NCBI GenBank assembly: GCA_048937405.1
Contig: JBHLNF010000008.1
Span: 32,001 to 96,000, forward strand
Direction: 5' to 3'
DNA from: Promethearchaeota archaeon
GTDB taxonomy: Archaea; Asgardarchaeota; Lokiarchaeia; Sigyniarchaeales; SOKP01
DNA: 64,000 nucleotides
Below are positions 39,334 through 49,072 of this stretch, piece after piece (position 1 is the stretch's first letter; the number at the start of each line of letters is the position of its first letter). Both the position numbers and the translations under genes were made by a program. Under the pieces are notes generated by a model that was not told the DNA's origin, did not search any database, and saw only the letters and a program-made list of their open reading frames with translations.

Positions 39334-40377
39334 TTAACTATATGATTTGTATAAATGATTTGCGATTGTTGAAAACGCATAATTAACATTTTCTCCCAAG
39401 AGTGCTGAAGTCTCAACAAATTTCAGACTTAATTGATCTGCTAATTGAGTCGCCATTTCGGAAGTTACTTTCCTCTGTTCCGTTAAATCTCTTTTATTAC
39501 CAATAATAAATCCTTTTAAATCAACGGCTCTATCTTTTAGCTGTTCCATTACATCAGAATACCACTTAGGTATATTAGTGAAGGATTCAATTCGGGTTAA
39601 ATCAAAAACGAAAAATACTGCATCAGAACCTTTGTAAAAATGCTGTCTCATAGTTTGAAATTTTTGCTGACCGCCAATATCCCATAATGTCAACTGTATG
39701 ATAGAATCATCGATTTTAAAAACTTTGTCTGAAACCATAACACCAAGCGTGGGTACGTAATTTCTCCGGAATGCATTATTTGTATATCTTAATATTAATG
39801 ATGTCTTTCCAACACTAGGATCACCAACAATTATTATTTTAAATTGATAATCTATTAAATTTCGATCTTTAATTTTTAGTGCTGGAAATTCTTCTTTATC
39901 TTGCTGTGAAATCTCTTGTAGTTTTAATTCTTCTAAAAGACTCGATATATTAAATTCTAAATTCTCTAATATTTTTATGAAATCCTCCCTAGAACTCTCA
40001 GATTTTTCTAAATTTATAATATTAGGGACATTATTATTAAAAGGAACAGACAGCTCTTTAATATATTTGTAAAAAATTACATCGTCTACTTCCTGAAATA
40101 GTAATATTATTGCCGATTGACCAATTTCTCCACGTCTAGAAGGATCATGCCATTTTATAAATTTGACTAATCCTTTTAAATTCAATGAAGGAAAGGGTAG
40201 TATTACTAACGACTCGGGAATTTGCCCTTCCTCACCTGTTAAAATAGTTAAAGTTTTGATACTTATATGAATGAGGTTAATTTGAGAAAATTTAGCACCA
40301 CACCAAGCTACGGGATTTGGTCCCAATTCATCATTCATCTCTACATAGATTATGCCTGATATTAATTGTTGCGTCAT
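39334..40377 (-). CDS. uDENN/longin-like domain fused to Rab-like GTPase (tandem paralog)
   Basis: N-domain MNDELGP...LPFP...DPSRRGE; C-domain GDPSVGKT, YVPTLG, WDIGGQ, GNKRD, ETSAL. Confidence 0.85.
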   Translation of the reverse strand: MTQQLISGIIYVEMNDELGPNPVAWCGAKFSQINLIHISIKTLTILTGEEGQIPESLVILPFPSLNLKGLVKFIKWHDPSRRGEIGQSAIILLFQEVDDVIFYKYIKELSVPFNNNVPNIINLEKSESSREDFIKILENLEFNISSLLEELKLQEISQQDKEEFPALKIKDRNLIDYQFKIIIVGDPSVGKTSLILRYTNNAFRRNYVPTLGVMVSDKVFKIDDSIIQLTLWDIGGQQKFQTMRQHFYKGSDAVFFVFDLTRIESFTNIPKWYSDVMEQLKDRAVDLKGFIIGNKRDLTEQRKVTSEMATQLADQLSLKFVETSALLGENVNYAFSTIANHLYKSYS

Positions 40378-40750
40378 AATTTTTATATATTGAAATTGAA
40401 AATGTGATTATTAAAAAATGGTCTGTGAATGATTCACTTCTAACTTATAATATAAATATTCCATTTTAATGATATCCATTTGAGAAAAATTTTATACAAT
40501 TTTACTTTGATTTAAAAAATTATGAATTCAGTAAAATCTTATTTCATTAAATTTTATCTTTAATTTTATCATTCCTTTATTTATTGTTAAAATTTATATT
40601 CAATAATTCTTCTAAAGATTTTAAATCTCATTTTATTTAATAAAATTTTTAATTTTGACTAATACATTATTATCGAGAAAGAGTTTTCAATTTCAAGTTG
40701 AAATTTATAAATTGTTTATCAAAATTTAAAATATATTCCCATAAATGAAA

Positions 40751-41026
40751 TTAATCTTTAACATTTTCTAAGATAGAGATGATTCTATAAACGGTAGTTC
40801 TTGCGTGAAATGGAATATTCGCATCTTGGGCAAGATCATCAACCATATACATAACATTACTAGCTCGAACACCAGGAGTGTCTTCTTCATTATTTAATTC
40901 ATTAATACTTCTTTGTGCAACCCTTTTAATATTTCGGGGTACACTACGGTCATTTATCATACCATTCAAAAGATATTCAACATTTTCAAAGGCTTTTTTT
41001 TCTTCTTCAGTTATTGCCCTTGGCAT
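40751..41026 (-). CDS. UPF0147 family archaeal protein
   Basis: IND.SVPRNIKR.A, VRA......D....D.NIPFHART. Confidence 0.88.
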   Translation of the reverse strand: MPRAITEEEKKAFENVEYLLNGMINDRSVPRNIKRVAQRSINELNNEEDTPGVRASNVMYMVDDLAQDANIPFHARTTVYRIISILENVKD

Positions 41027-41120
41027 TAAAGGATCACCAAAAAGAGTATATTCGATGGATAAATTGTTTAAAATGGAGAATTTTTTTTAAAATATAATTT
41101 TTTTGATTTTAAGAGAATAC

Positions 41121-44033
41121 TTAATATATACCAAATTCACGTATTTCTCGTTTAAGTTGGGGAATTTTTTCCTTGAAACCTTCTAATTTATTTTGATAAT
41201 TATTGAATAGAGTATCAAATTCTACAGCTTCTCCAATATCGATAGCTCGTACAAAATTATATGAAATTTGATGAATATCTTCAAATATTTGATCGAATTG
41301 TTCTGTGATTTCCAAGAGTCTTTTATTTTCAGTTTCACCTTGCTTTCTTACCATATTTCGAAGTTTACCACGTGGGATTCGTATTTTATCTATTAATTTG
41401 TCACATTCATTCAAAAATTCATATGCTTGCGTTTTATTTTTATCTATTAATTTAGCTTCAATTATTTCAGTTCGCCAAGTGTTTATTCTCCCTCTGGCAA
41501 ATGTATCGAAGTTCAATGAAAGTGAGTCTATTCCTTCTCTTACGAGAAATCGAAGAAAATCTGGATCATCACTAGGAGCTTGACCACAGATACCAACTTT
41601 TTTATTATATTGATGAGCTGTTTTTATTAAATGACTAACTGACCTCCTAATCGCTTCACTATTGGTATTATAATTATAAGTATTCATCAAGGGAATCATT
41701 TTTTCATTATCCCTTCCAACGCCATAGGTTAATTGAGTGAGATCATTTGAACCGATTGAGAAACCATCAAAATATTGACAAAAAATATCAGCACATAGTA
41801 TATTAGAAGGTATTTCTGCCATGACAAATACTTTTAATTCATTCTGACCACGAATTAATCCTTCACTTTCCATAATATCCATAATTTTTTTAGCTTCTTC
41901 AGGACTTCTGCAGAAGGGTAACATCGGAATTATATTTGTTAGACCCCAATCACGAGCTCTTTTAATAGCTCGTAATTCTAACATAAATGCATTTTGAAAT
42001 TCATCATGTACATATCTAGAACACCCTCTAAATCCTAGCATTGGATTATTTTCTTCTCCTTCGTAAATCCAACCACCTACGAGATTTGCATATTCATTCG
42101 TCTTAAAATCTGAAAGCCTTACCACACATTCTGCCATACTCTCATCTTCCAATTTTTTCCAAACACCAGCAGCAATGGTAGCAATTCCTTCTGCTAATTT
42201 ATGAACATAAAACTCTTCTTTATCATCGTATCCAATTGTTAATTCCCTAATTTTATCCAATGTCTGTTTTAATCTCAAAATTTCTTGGCTAAAAGGATCT
42301 TTATGATAAAGATCGCTTTTCTTTATATTTTCTATCCTTTTTCTTTGCTCTACTAGAATATCATACCTCATTATTAATGCTTCAAAATCTATTAATGCAT
42401 TTGGGTGAATTTGAATTTCATCATTTATAATAAATTCTAATCTTGCTAAGCCTGTACCATCAGGATACTTTCCAGAAGAGAGCGCTCCTTTGGGGATACC
42501 TAGATTAACCAATACTTTTGTTTTTGTATTTGGCAGTTTTGAGAATTCAACAGTATCCGAATCATATTCTACATCTTTTAACCAAATCCTCGATTCACCC
42601 TCGCTACAATCAATAGTAACATAATCTATCCCATTTCGTTGTTTCTCCTTAATAATTTGTGTGATATTGTCTGCACCAACGATAGAGGCTATATTTAATT
42701 CTCTTGAAACAATTGCAGCATGACAAGTAGGACCCCCTTTCTCAGTAATAACCCCACCAAGATTCTGCATATAAGATGTCCAATCTGGGTTTGTTTCCTC
42801 TGTAACAAGAATATCCCCTTGTTGTAATAAATAAGCATCGTTTATTGATTCTATTACTTTGACTTTCCCATATCCAATTCTTCGCCCAATAGCAATACCA
42901 GAATTTTCTACTAATAACTTTTGGTTAATTAAATCTTCAGGATCTTCAAGTAAATAATAAATTTCTTCTACATCACCTTTAATACTATGAACAGTTTCAG
43001 GTCGAGCTTGTACAATATATACTTTATTATCATTTCCAACGGCCCATTCAATATCCATTCTTTTTTTATAATGATCCCTAATTTTTTGAGCATATTTAGC
43101 TAAAGTCATAACTTCTTCTTCATTTAAGCAATACATCATTTGCTTTTCTTGAGGTACTGGTATTACTTCAGTTCCAATTTTACCGGATCCTTTAGAAAAT
43201 ACCATCATTTTCTCTTTTCTAACCAATTCTCTTCGAATAATTCTAAGATTTTGAGGACTATGCTTAAAAACAATAAATTCATCACCTTTTTCAACGCCTT
43301 GCACAATTAATTCACCTAAACCCCAAGTTCCTCTAATAACAACTACATTGGGATTACCACTATCAGGATCCTCTGTAAACATAACACCAGAAGCTTTTAC
43401 TCCTCCTAATCCCCCAGCCATTTGTTGAACTCCAACGCTCAATTTAACTGAAAAATGATCAAATCCCGCTCGTTCACGATACATTGTTGCCCTCGTGGTA
43501 AAAACTGATGCCATGTCCTTTAAAATGTATTCTAAAATTTCCTTTTCTCCAGTAATATTTAAATGGGTATCTTGTTGACCCGCGAATGAGGCATCAGGTA
43601 GATCTTCTGCTGTTGCTGAACTTCTCACAGCAAAGGTTGATTCACCACCAATTTTTTTTATTAAAGTATGATATGCATCAATAATTTCATCTGCTAGAGA
43701 GTCTGGTATTTTTGATTGTTCAATTACATATCGAATATTTGCACAAATTTTATCAACTTTTTCAACTGCTTTAATATCTTCTGATTTTAATTCATTAGAA
43801 ATCTTCTTAATATCTCTTTCAATTAATTCCCTTAAAGAAACTTCTTGTTCTTTAATTGTATAAAAATTAGTGTCTAAGACATAATCATAAGCTTTTGAAG
43901 TTGTAGCAAATCCCAGTGGGACAGAAATCCCAAAACTTAGCAGTTCTCCTAAAGAAGAATTTTTACCTCCTACTAGAGGAACATCATTTGCTCTAACATC
44001 TTCAAAAAATCTTATATAGTTATAATCAGACAT
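41121..44033 (-). CDS. ppsA: Phosphoenolpyruvate synthase (pyruvate,water dikinase) with C-terminal extension
   Basis: VGGKN.SLGE, AVRSSATAEDLPDASFAGQQDT, DIEWA, QARPETV, TCHAAIVSRE, ENNPMLGFRG, FSIGSNDLTQ, GICGQAPSD. Confidence 0.95.
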   Translation of the reverse strand: MSDYNYIRFFEDVRANDVPLVGGKNSSLGELLSFGISVPLGFATTSKAYDYVLDTNFYTIKEQEVSLRELIERDIKKISNELKSEDIKAVEKVDKICANIRYVIEQSKIPDSLADEIIDAYHTLIKKIGGESTFAVRSSATAEDLPDASFAGQQDTHLNITGEKEILEYILKDMASVFTTRATMYRERAGFDHFSVKLSVGVQQMAGGLGGVKASGVMFTEDPDSGNPNVVVIRGTWGLGELIVQGVEKGDEFIVFKHSPQNLRIIRRELVRKEKMMVFSKGSGKIGTEVIPVPQEKQMMYCLNEEEVMTLAKYAQKIRDHYKKRMDIEWAVGNDNKVYIVQARPETVHSIKGDVEEIYYLLEDPEDLINQKLLVENSGIAIGRRIGYGKVKVIESINDAYLLQQGDILVTEETNPDWTSYMQNLGGVITEKGGPTCHAAIVSRELNIASIVGADNITQIIKEKQRNGIDYVTIDCSEGESRIWLKDVEYDSDTVEFSKLPNTKTKVLVNLGIPKGALSSGKYPDGTGLARLEFIINDEIQIHPNALIDFEALIMRYDILVEQRKRIENIKKSDLYHKDPFSQEILRLKQTLDKIRELTIGYDDKEEFYVHKLAEGIATIAAGVWKKLEDESMAECVVRLSDFKTNEYANLVGGWIYEGEENNPMLGFRGCSRYVHDEFQNAFMLELRAIKRARDWGLTNIIPMLPFCRSPEEAKKIMDIMESEGLIRGQNELKVFVMAEIPSNILCADIFCQYFDGFSIGSNDLTQLTYGVGRDNEKMIPLMNTYNYNTNSEAIRRSVSHLIKTAHQYNKKVGICGQAPSDDPDFLRFLVREGIDSLSLNFDTFARGRINTWRTEIIEAKLIDKNKTQAYEFLNECDKLIDKIRIPRGKLRNMVRKQGETENKRLLEITEQFDQIFEDIHQISYNFVRAIDIGEAVEFDTLFNNYQNKLEGFKEKIPQLKREIREFGIY

Positions 44034-44144
44034 ATTAATGTATAGTCTCTTTGAATTGAAATGATGAAATTATCTTAAAATTATAATAATTCTCCTTCTG
44101 ATTATTAATTAAACTATCATAAAAAAAGTAACGCCAAAAATAGA

Positions 44145-44663
44145 TTATTTTAATTCGCTTTCAAATACGTTAAAATCAGAAATGTTATATAAGCAAAAGG
44201 CAACTTTTTCTATTTGAGTATCACCTTGTAAATATTCTTTAACTGTGTTTATCATAATTTTTGAACATCGCTCTATTGGAAAGCCGAATATACCGGTAGA
44301 TATCGCGGGAAATGCGATAGTTTTTAGCTTATGTTCATCCATTAATTTTAAACTATTTAAAGTGGCGTTTTTTAATTTCTCATCCTCGTTTCCCTCTCCC
44401 ATTCTTGGACCAACTGCATGGATTACATGTTTAGCTTTTAAATTGCCCCCATTGGTAATTACAGCACCACCTACAAAAGTCCCGCCAATTTTATTACATT
44501 CTTCTTGAATATTAGGTCCACCTTTTTTCCTGATTGCCCCAGCAACTCCTCCTCCTAATATAAGTTGGGCATTAGCAGCATTAACAATAGCATCTTTATC
44601 TAATTCAGTAATATCTCCTTGTACCAAACAAATTATAGATTCTTTTACTTTTATTTCTTTCAT
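44145..44663 (-). CDS. Macrodomain protein (O-acetyl-ADP-ribose deacetylase / ADP-ribosyl hydrolase type)
   Basis: GDIT, DAIVNAAN..L..GGGVAGAI, VIHAVGP, AFPAISTGIFGFP. Confidence 0.93.
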   Translation of the reverse strand: MKEIKVKESIICLVQGDITELDKDAIVNAANAQLILGGGVAGAIRKKGGPNIQEECNKIGGTFVGGAVITNGGNLKAKHVIHAVGPRMGEGNEDEKLKNATLNSLKLMDEHKLKTIAFPAISTGIFGFPIERCSKIMINTVKEYLQGDTQIEKVAFCLYNISDFNVFESELK

Positions 44664-44927
44664 TGTAAAAATTAATTATTTATTATTATTAAATTATTGA
44701 ACCTTTAAGAAATACAATTAAAATATCTTTTTTTTTGAATATGTTTTATTATTTCTTTTTTATTAAGGTTAAATTTATATTTTTAGAACTCACATTTCTT
44801 TATCTCTTTAATAAATCGATAATTTTTATTTTCTCTTAATAATTTAAATCATATATATAGTAATTAATTGGTTAATTAAGGAGATATTTAAGAAATAAGA
44901 AAAATTCTTAGTTTTCTAACAATAAAG

Positions 44928-45050
44928 ATGAAAAAAGAAGATATTTGTTATCTTTCTGCTTGCGAGATAGCAGAAAAAATAAAAACACAAGAGCTAACCT
45001 CAGAAGAAATTACCGAAACTATAATTGAGAGAATTGAAAAAATCAATTAA
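44928..45050 (+). pseudogene. N-terminal remnant of an amidase-signature (GatA-like) gene (not in ORF track)
   Basis: Manual translation MKKEDICYLSACEIAEKIKTQELTSEEITETIIERIEKIN* matches the typical amidase N-terminus; no room for the rest before 45176. Confidence 0.7.
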
Positions 45051-45175
45051 GCTCTTATAAAAAAGAAAATCGATGAATTAAATTATCTTTAATCCTAAAA
45101 GAATATACTTGAACTATAATAGAGAAATTTTTTTAAATAGTTATTTATAAAAAAATTAATTAAAAAGAATCATTT

Positions 45176-45880
45176 TCATGATTCATCTTTACTCTTTTTG
45201 AATATCTCATCTAGTTTAGCCCTATCCTCATCAGACATTTTACTCATTGCTTCCATATTTTGCCGCATTAAATCCATCATTACTTTTTGCGAGACAAGTT
45301 GGTTTAATACAGGTAATGCTATTCTCATACGAGTTAATTCATAATGCATGATTTTTGCTGTTTCCCGCATCTCTTTCAAGTCATCTTTAGTCATTCCTTC
45401 TTCACCTATACCTGGACAGTCAGCATCTACTACTATAAAGTTTTTTCCATCAAATTCTAATGGATATGTTCGACAACTCAATGGACGATTTTCGTAGACT
45501 AAACATTTTTTATCATCCTTGTTATATAAAGGGCATTTTACGTCCAATAATTCTTCGATAGGCACAATACCAAATGGATCCTTAAGCTTAGATTCTTCTT
45601 CTCCCTCTTTTGGAGGTGGTGCTAAAGGTTTTAATATTAAATCAATCCCACCATCAGGTTTTTGATATATATCTAAATAGGGCATAAAATTAGCTACAAC
45701 TCCATTTCTCGCCCACATTTCTAGATCCCAAAAAGTAATAGGGATAGGCCCTCTAGCATCACAGCAGTTATCACAACGAGTACATTTAAATGAAAATTTT
45801 GCTTTTGGTTTATCATCAACAGCTTCTTTTTCATTTTCTTTTATTTCGGAATTTTGAGATTCTTTTTCTTCTTCAGACAT
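45176..45880 (-). CDS. YkgJ-family CxxCxxCC cysteine-cluster protein
   Basis: FKCTRCDNCC, CPLY....KCLVYENRPLSCRTYP, CPGIG. Confidence 0.85.
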   Translation of the reverse strand: MSEEEKESQNSEIKENEKEAVDDKPKAKFSFKCTRCDNCCDARGPIPITFWDLEMWARNGVVANFMPYLDIYQKPDGGIDLILKPLAPPPKEGEEESKLKDPFGIVPIEELLDVKCPLYNKDDKKCLVYENRPLSCRTYPLEFDGKNFIVVDADCPGIGEEGMTKDDLKEMRETAKIMHYELTRMRIALPVLNQLVSQKVMMDLMRQNMEAMSKMSDEDRAKLDEIFKKSKDES

Positions 45881-46243
45881 AGAAATTTCACTTAATAATT
45901 TGATATGTTTAATTTATCATGACATAAATGAATTTAACCTAAAAAAAAAATTTTTAGCTTTAAGTTTAAAAAAATAAAACAATCATTTTAGTTCATTTAA
46001 ATTAAATAAATAATACATTTAAGTCTATTTTATTTAGCTAACTAATGAATAAAAAAATTACTATTACCTCAATACTTTAAAATAAGGAGATAGTTTTCTG
46101 ATAAAACTTAAAAACTCTGAATTTAAATAAATTAGTAGGAGATTTATTTCAAACCATAAATTTAATATAACTATCTATGTAAATTTCTATTAAATAAATT
46201 AAAAACAATATGATTTTCTATAAACACAAATTAAGGAAAAATT

Positions 46244-46837
46244 ATGTCTAAAGAATTGAGAAAAGAATTGCAAATAATGATTGAGGAAAAGTTAGGACAT
46301 CTATTTTTAGGTAATAAAAAGAAAGATGTTCGTTTATTAATGCTAAGACCAATTGATTTAATTGAATTTTCAGAATTTGCAGGAACTAATGCGGATGATA
46401 TAATAATTTGGGTTGGAAAATCTATTGGAAAGACATATGTTGAAAAATTTTTTCCTAATAAGGAATGGGTAAAAGAATCAATGGAAACAAAAATAGATGT
46501 GATCGTTGGTGTTCTTGAAGCACTGGAGTTAATGGGTTTTGGACATTTAGAACCTACATTTAAAAAAAAGGATGTTTCAATAGCAATAGAAGAACCTTTA
46601 GCCTTAGAAGAATATGATAACATCATGGCAAAAAACCTTTGTTTACTCAATCAAGGAGTTTTTACAGGAATATTTGATGCATTGCAAATTGATGTTGATG
46701 GAAAGGAAATTGAATGCGTTTTATTGGATGATGACAAATGTGTATTTAAATACGATTTACTTATTGATGAAATAGATGAAAGTCTCATAAAAAAAGAAGC
46801 AGAAAAAGTATATACTTTTTCACTACGCGACTTATAA
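46244..46837 (+). CDS. V4R-domain protein
   Basis: GK..G, LMGFG, C.L.QGVFTGIF, E.EC....D.KCVF. Confidence 0.8.
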   Translation: MSKELRKELQIMIEEKLGHLFLGNKKKDVRLLMLRPIDLIEFSEFAGTNADDIIIWVGKSIGKTYVEKFFPNKEWVKESMETKIDVIVGVLEALELMGFGHLEPTFKKKDVSIAIEEPLALEEYDNIMAKNLCLLNQGVFTGIFDALQIDVDGKEIECVLLDDDKCVFKYDLLIDEIDESLIKKEAEKVYTFSLRDL

Positions 46838-47114
46838 AAGTAATTTTTATAATTGGATTTGAATTAATTCTATTTATTTCGGATTTTTTTATTAATAGAT
46901 GTTATTATGAATAAAATCATCTCTTTTAGGTTTTTTTTATAATATTGAACTCATTTAAAAGAGAACTTATAAACTTAGTATGTTATAATCATTCTAAAAT
47001 CTATAGTGTTAGAAGTAAATCGATAAAGTTAAAATTAATTAAGATTTCACTTTTCTAAGAAAGGTTTTTATTTCGTATTAAATATAATTTTATAAAAAAC
47101 TGCAAAAAATTGTT

Positions 47115-47345
47115 ATGAAGCCATTAATTATAAAAATGATTGGTTGGTTAATGTTAACATGTAATCTATTATTCGCTTTTGTAATAGGGATTACCATTCC
47201 ATTATTAGAATCAGAATATAATTATAATCTTGGAATTGTTATGATTCCATTACTTATCATTCTTAATTATATTATTGTAGATAGAATACATTATTATATA
47301 AAGCATTCAAAAGATAGGGAAGTCGAAATAGATGCAAAAAATTAA
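47115..47345 (+). CDS. Small 2-TM membrane protein coupled to the archaeosortase gene
   Basis: Two hydrophobic helices; 14-nt overlap with the next start. Confidence 0.6.
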   Translation: MKPLIIKMIGWLMLTCNLLFAFVIGITIPLLESEYNYNLGIVMIPLLIILNYIIVDRIHYYIKHSKDREVEIDAKN

Positions 47346-48249
47346 ACAATTGAAAGGGAGGATTAATTCATTAAGAAAAATAAAAAAACCTACAATTGAA
47401 TTTAATAATAATAAGTACATTTTTTCTATATGGTCTATACTCTTATTAGCTATTAGCGCACCTTTTTCTGCGTGGTTTATATTTTTATTCTTCGATTTGA
47501 GAATTAATTATTGGCTTCATGAGATAGTAGTGAAGCAAACTGTGTATCTCATGAATCTTTTTTTTAATATGGGGGCTGAAGCGCAATTTGCACCAAATGG
47601 AAAATATAACTGGAGATTTTTAATTCCAGGTCGAAGTCCAATATACTTTGAAACATTTTGTACTGGAATCCAGGCCATATGTATTTTTGCTGGAATTATC
47701 ATATTCACACCCCACAGTCAAGATCGAAATACAAAAGAAGATATTATTTGGAGGAAAACAAAAGCTCTTATTGTCTCATCAGTAATTTTTTATGTTGTTA
47801 ATATTATTAGAATGCTAATTCAAATTGATTTATATTATATTGGATATGATTGGAATGATATACATTTCTCAATAAGTGCAGCAAGTTCTTTTATTGCAGT
47901 AATAATTGTATTGCTAATGCACCGATGGATTCCAGAGTTCATTATCTCTATAATATATACAGGAACATTGGTAAGTGAGCCATTAAAAAAAAAGAGGAAA
48001 AAGTTAGTAAAGGAAATGGTGGAAAAAACAAATAAAGTAGATTTAAATTCAATGCGAAAAATACTAAGAATGGATAGAAAAACTTATTTAAAAGAAATGT
48101 CTGATTGGTCAAAAGATTTTGGCTATAATATTGACGGAGATTATTTAATAATTCCTTCTGAGAAAACCTTAAACTTTATAGAATTATTAATGCAAGAAAA
48201 ACCATTTCAGAAAGAAATAAAAGACTCTAGATCATCAATTGATAAATAA
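47332..48249 (+). CDS. Archaeosortase/exosortase family protein with C-terminal PCI/winged-helix-like domain
   Basis: Catalytic triad motifs FCTGIQ (Cys), VNIIRM (Arg), NDIH (His) in a multi-TM core; soluble C-tail MRKILRMD...DWSKDFGYNIDGDYL. Confidence 0.8.
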   Translation: MQKIKQLKGRINSLRKIKKPTIEFNNNKYIFSIWSILLLAISAPFSAWFIFLFFDLRINYWLHEIVVKQTVYLMNLFFNMGAEAQFAPNGKYNWRFLIPGRSPIYFETFCTGIQAICIFAGIIIFTPHSQDRNTKEDIIWRKTKALIVSSVIFYVVNIIRMLIQIDLYYIGYDWNDIHFSISAASSFIAVIIVLLMHRWIPEFIISIIYTGTLVSEPLKKKRKKLVKEMVEKTNKVDLNSMRKILRMDRKTYLKEMSDWSKDFGYNIDGDYLIIPSEKTLNFIELLMQEKPFQKEIKDSRSSIDK

Positions 48250-48307
48250 AATATAAAAATTTTATATATTGCTTTTTTTGAGAATAATAATAAAATATAA
48301 TTTAAAA

Positions 48308-49072
48308 TTAGACATCTCTGACCTTAAATCTTAAATAGGCAATTAAAATACATGGGATAAGGTAAAGTAACGCGATTGAAATACCTAATAATGGATCAAT
48401 AATAATTTCTATACCATCAGTTTCAGTACCAAAAATCGCTTGTCCTGGTAATTCACAGTAAAGTATGAATGGGTATGGAAAATTAATAAAAGCTAATAAT
48501 ATTCCAAATGCTGCTGCTTCTACAATAAAAATTACAAAACCTATAGTCATCGCCTGACCTCCTGAACGAAAAATAGCACTACATAATAAATAAATTGCAG
48601 TATATGCTCCACCGACAATACTATAATAACCGAACCATATGAATAACTCAACTGGTATATGATTATATAATATTAAGCTAAAAATAGAAGTTTCAATGAG
48701 AGCAGGTCCAATCCAAATAATTACGCTGAAATAAGCTGCTAACGTTTTTCCAATAAAGAAATTATCCCTACTTGTTTTAGTAAAATTTGTTAATGCTGTC
48801 TTTTTATCAAATTCATCTGCTAAAATCCCTCCTGCAAAAAAGAGTGAAAGCAACATTATAAACGAGCCCAATTCTCCAACGGTAGTTGCTGCAAATAATC
48901 TTGGTTCAGAGGGAAGATAAAATATTGAAAATATTGAGATTAAACAGATAACAACTAGAGATAAAGTCATCATTAGGATATATCTCTTTTTATGAAGAAT
49001 TAATTCAAATTTAAAAACTTCAAATATTTTGCTTATCATAACTTTCTTTTGATTATCTAAATTTATTGTCAT
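48308..49072 (-). CDS. ABC-2 type transporter permease
   Basis: 6 TM; GILADEFDKKT...SR..FFIGK; overlaps the ATPase gene. Confidence 0.85.
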   Translation of the reverse strand: MTINLDNQKKVMISKIFEVFKFELILHKKRYILMMTLSLVVICLISIFSIFYLPSEPRLFAATTVGELGSFIMLLSLFFAGGILADEFDKKTALTNFTKTSRDNFFIGKTLAAYFSVIIWIGPALIETSIFSLILYNHIPVELFIWFGYYSIVGGAYTAIYLLCSAIFRSGGQAMTIGFVIFIVEAAAFGILLAFINFPYPFILYCELPGQAIFGTETDGIEIIIDPLLGISIALLYLIPCILIAYLRFKVRDV

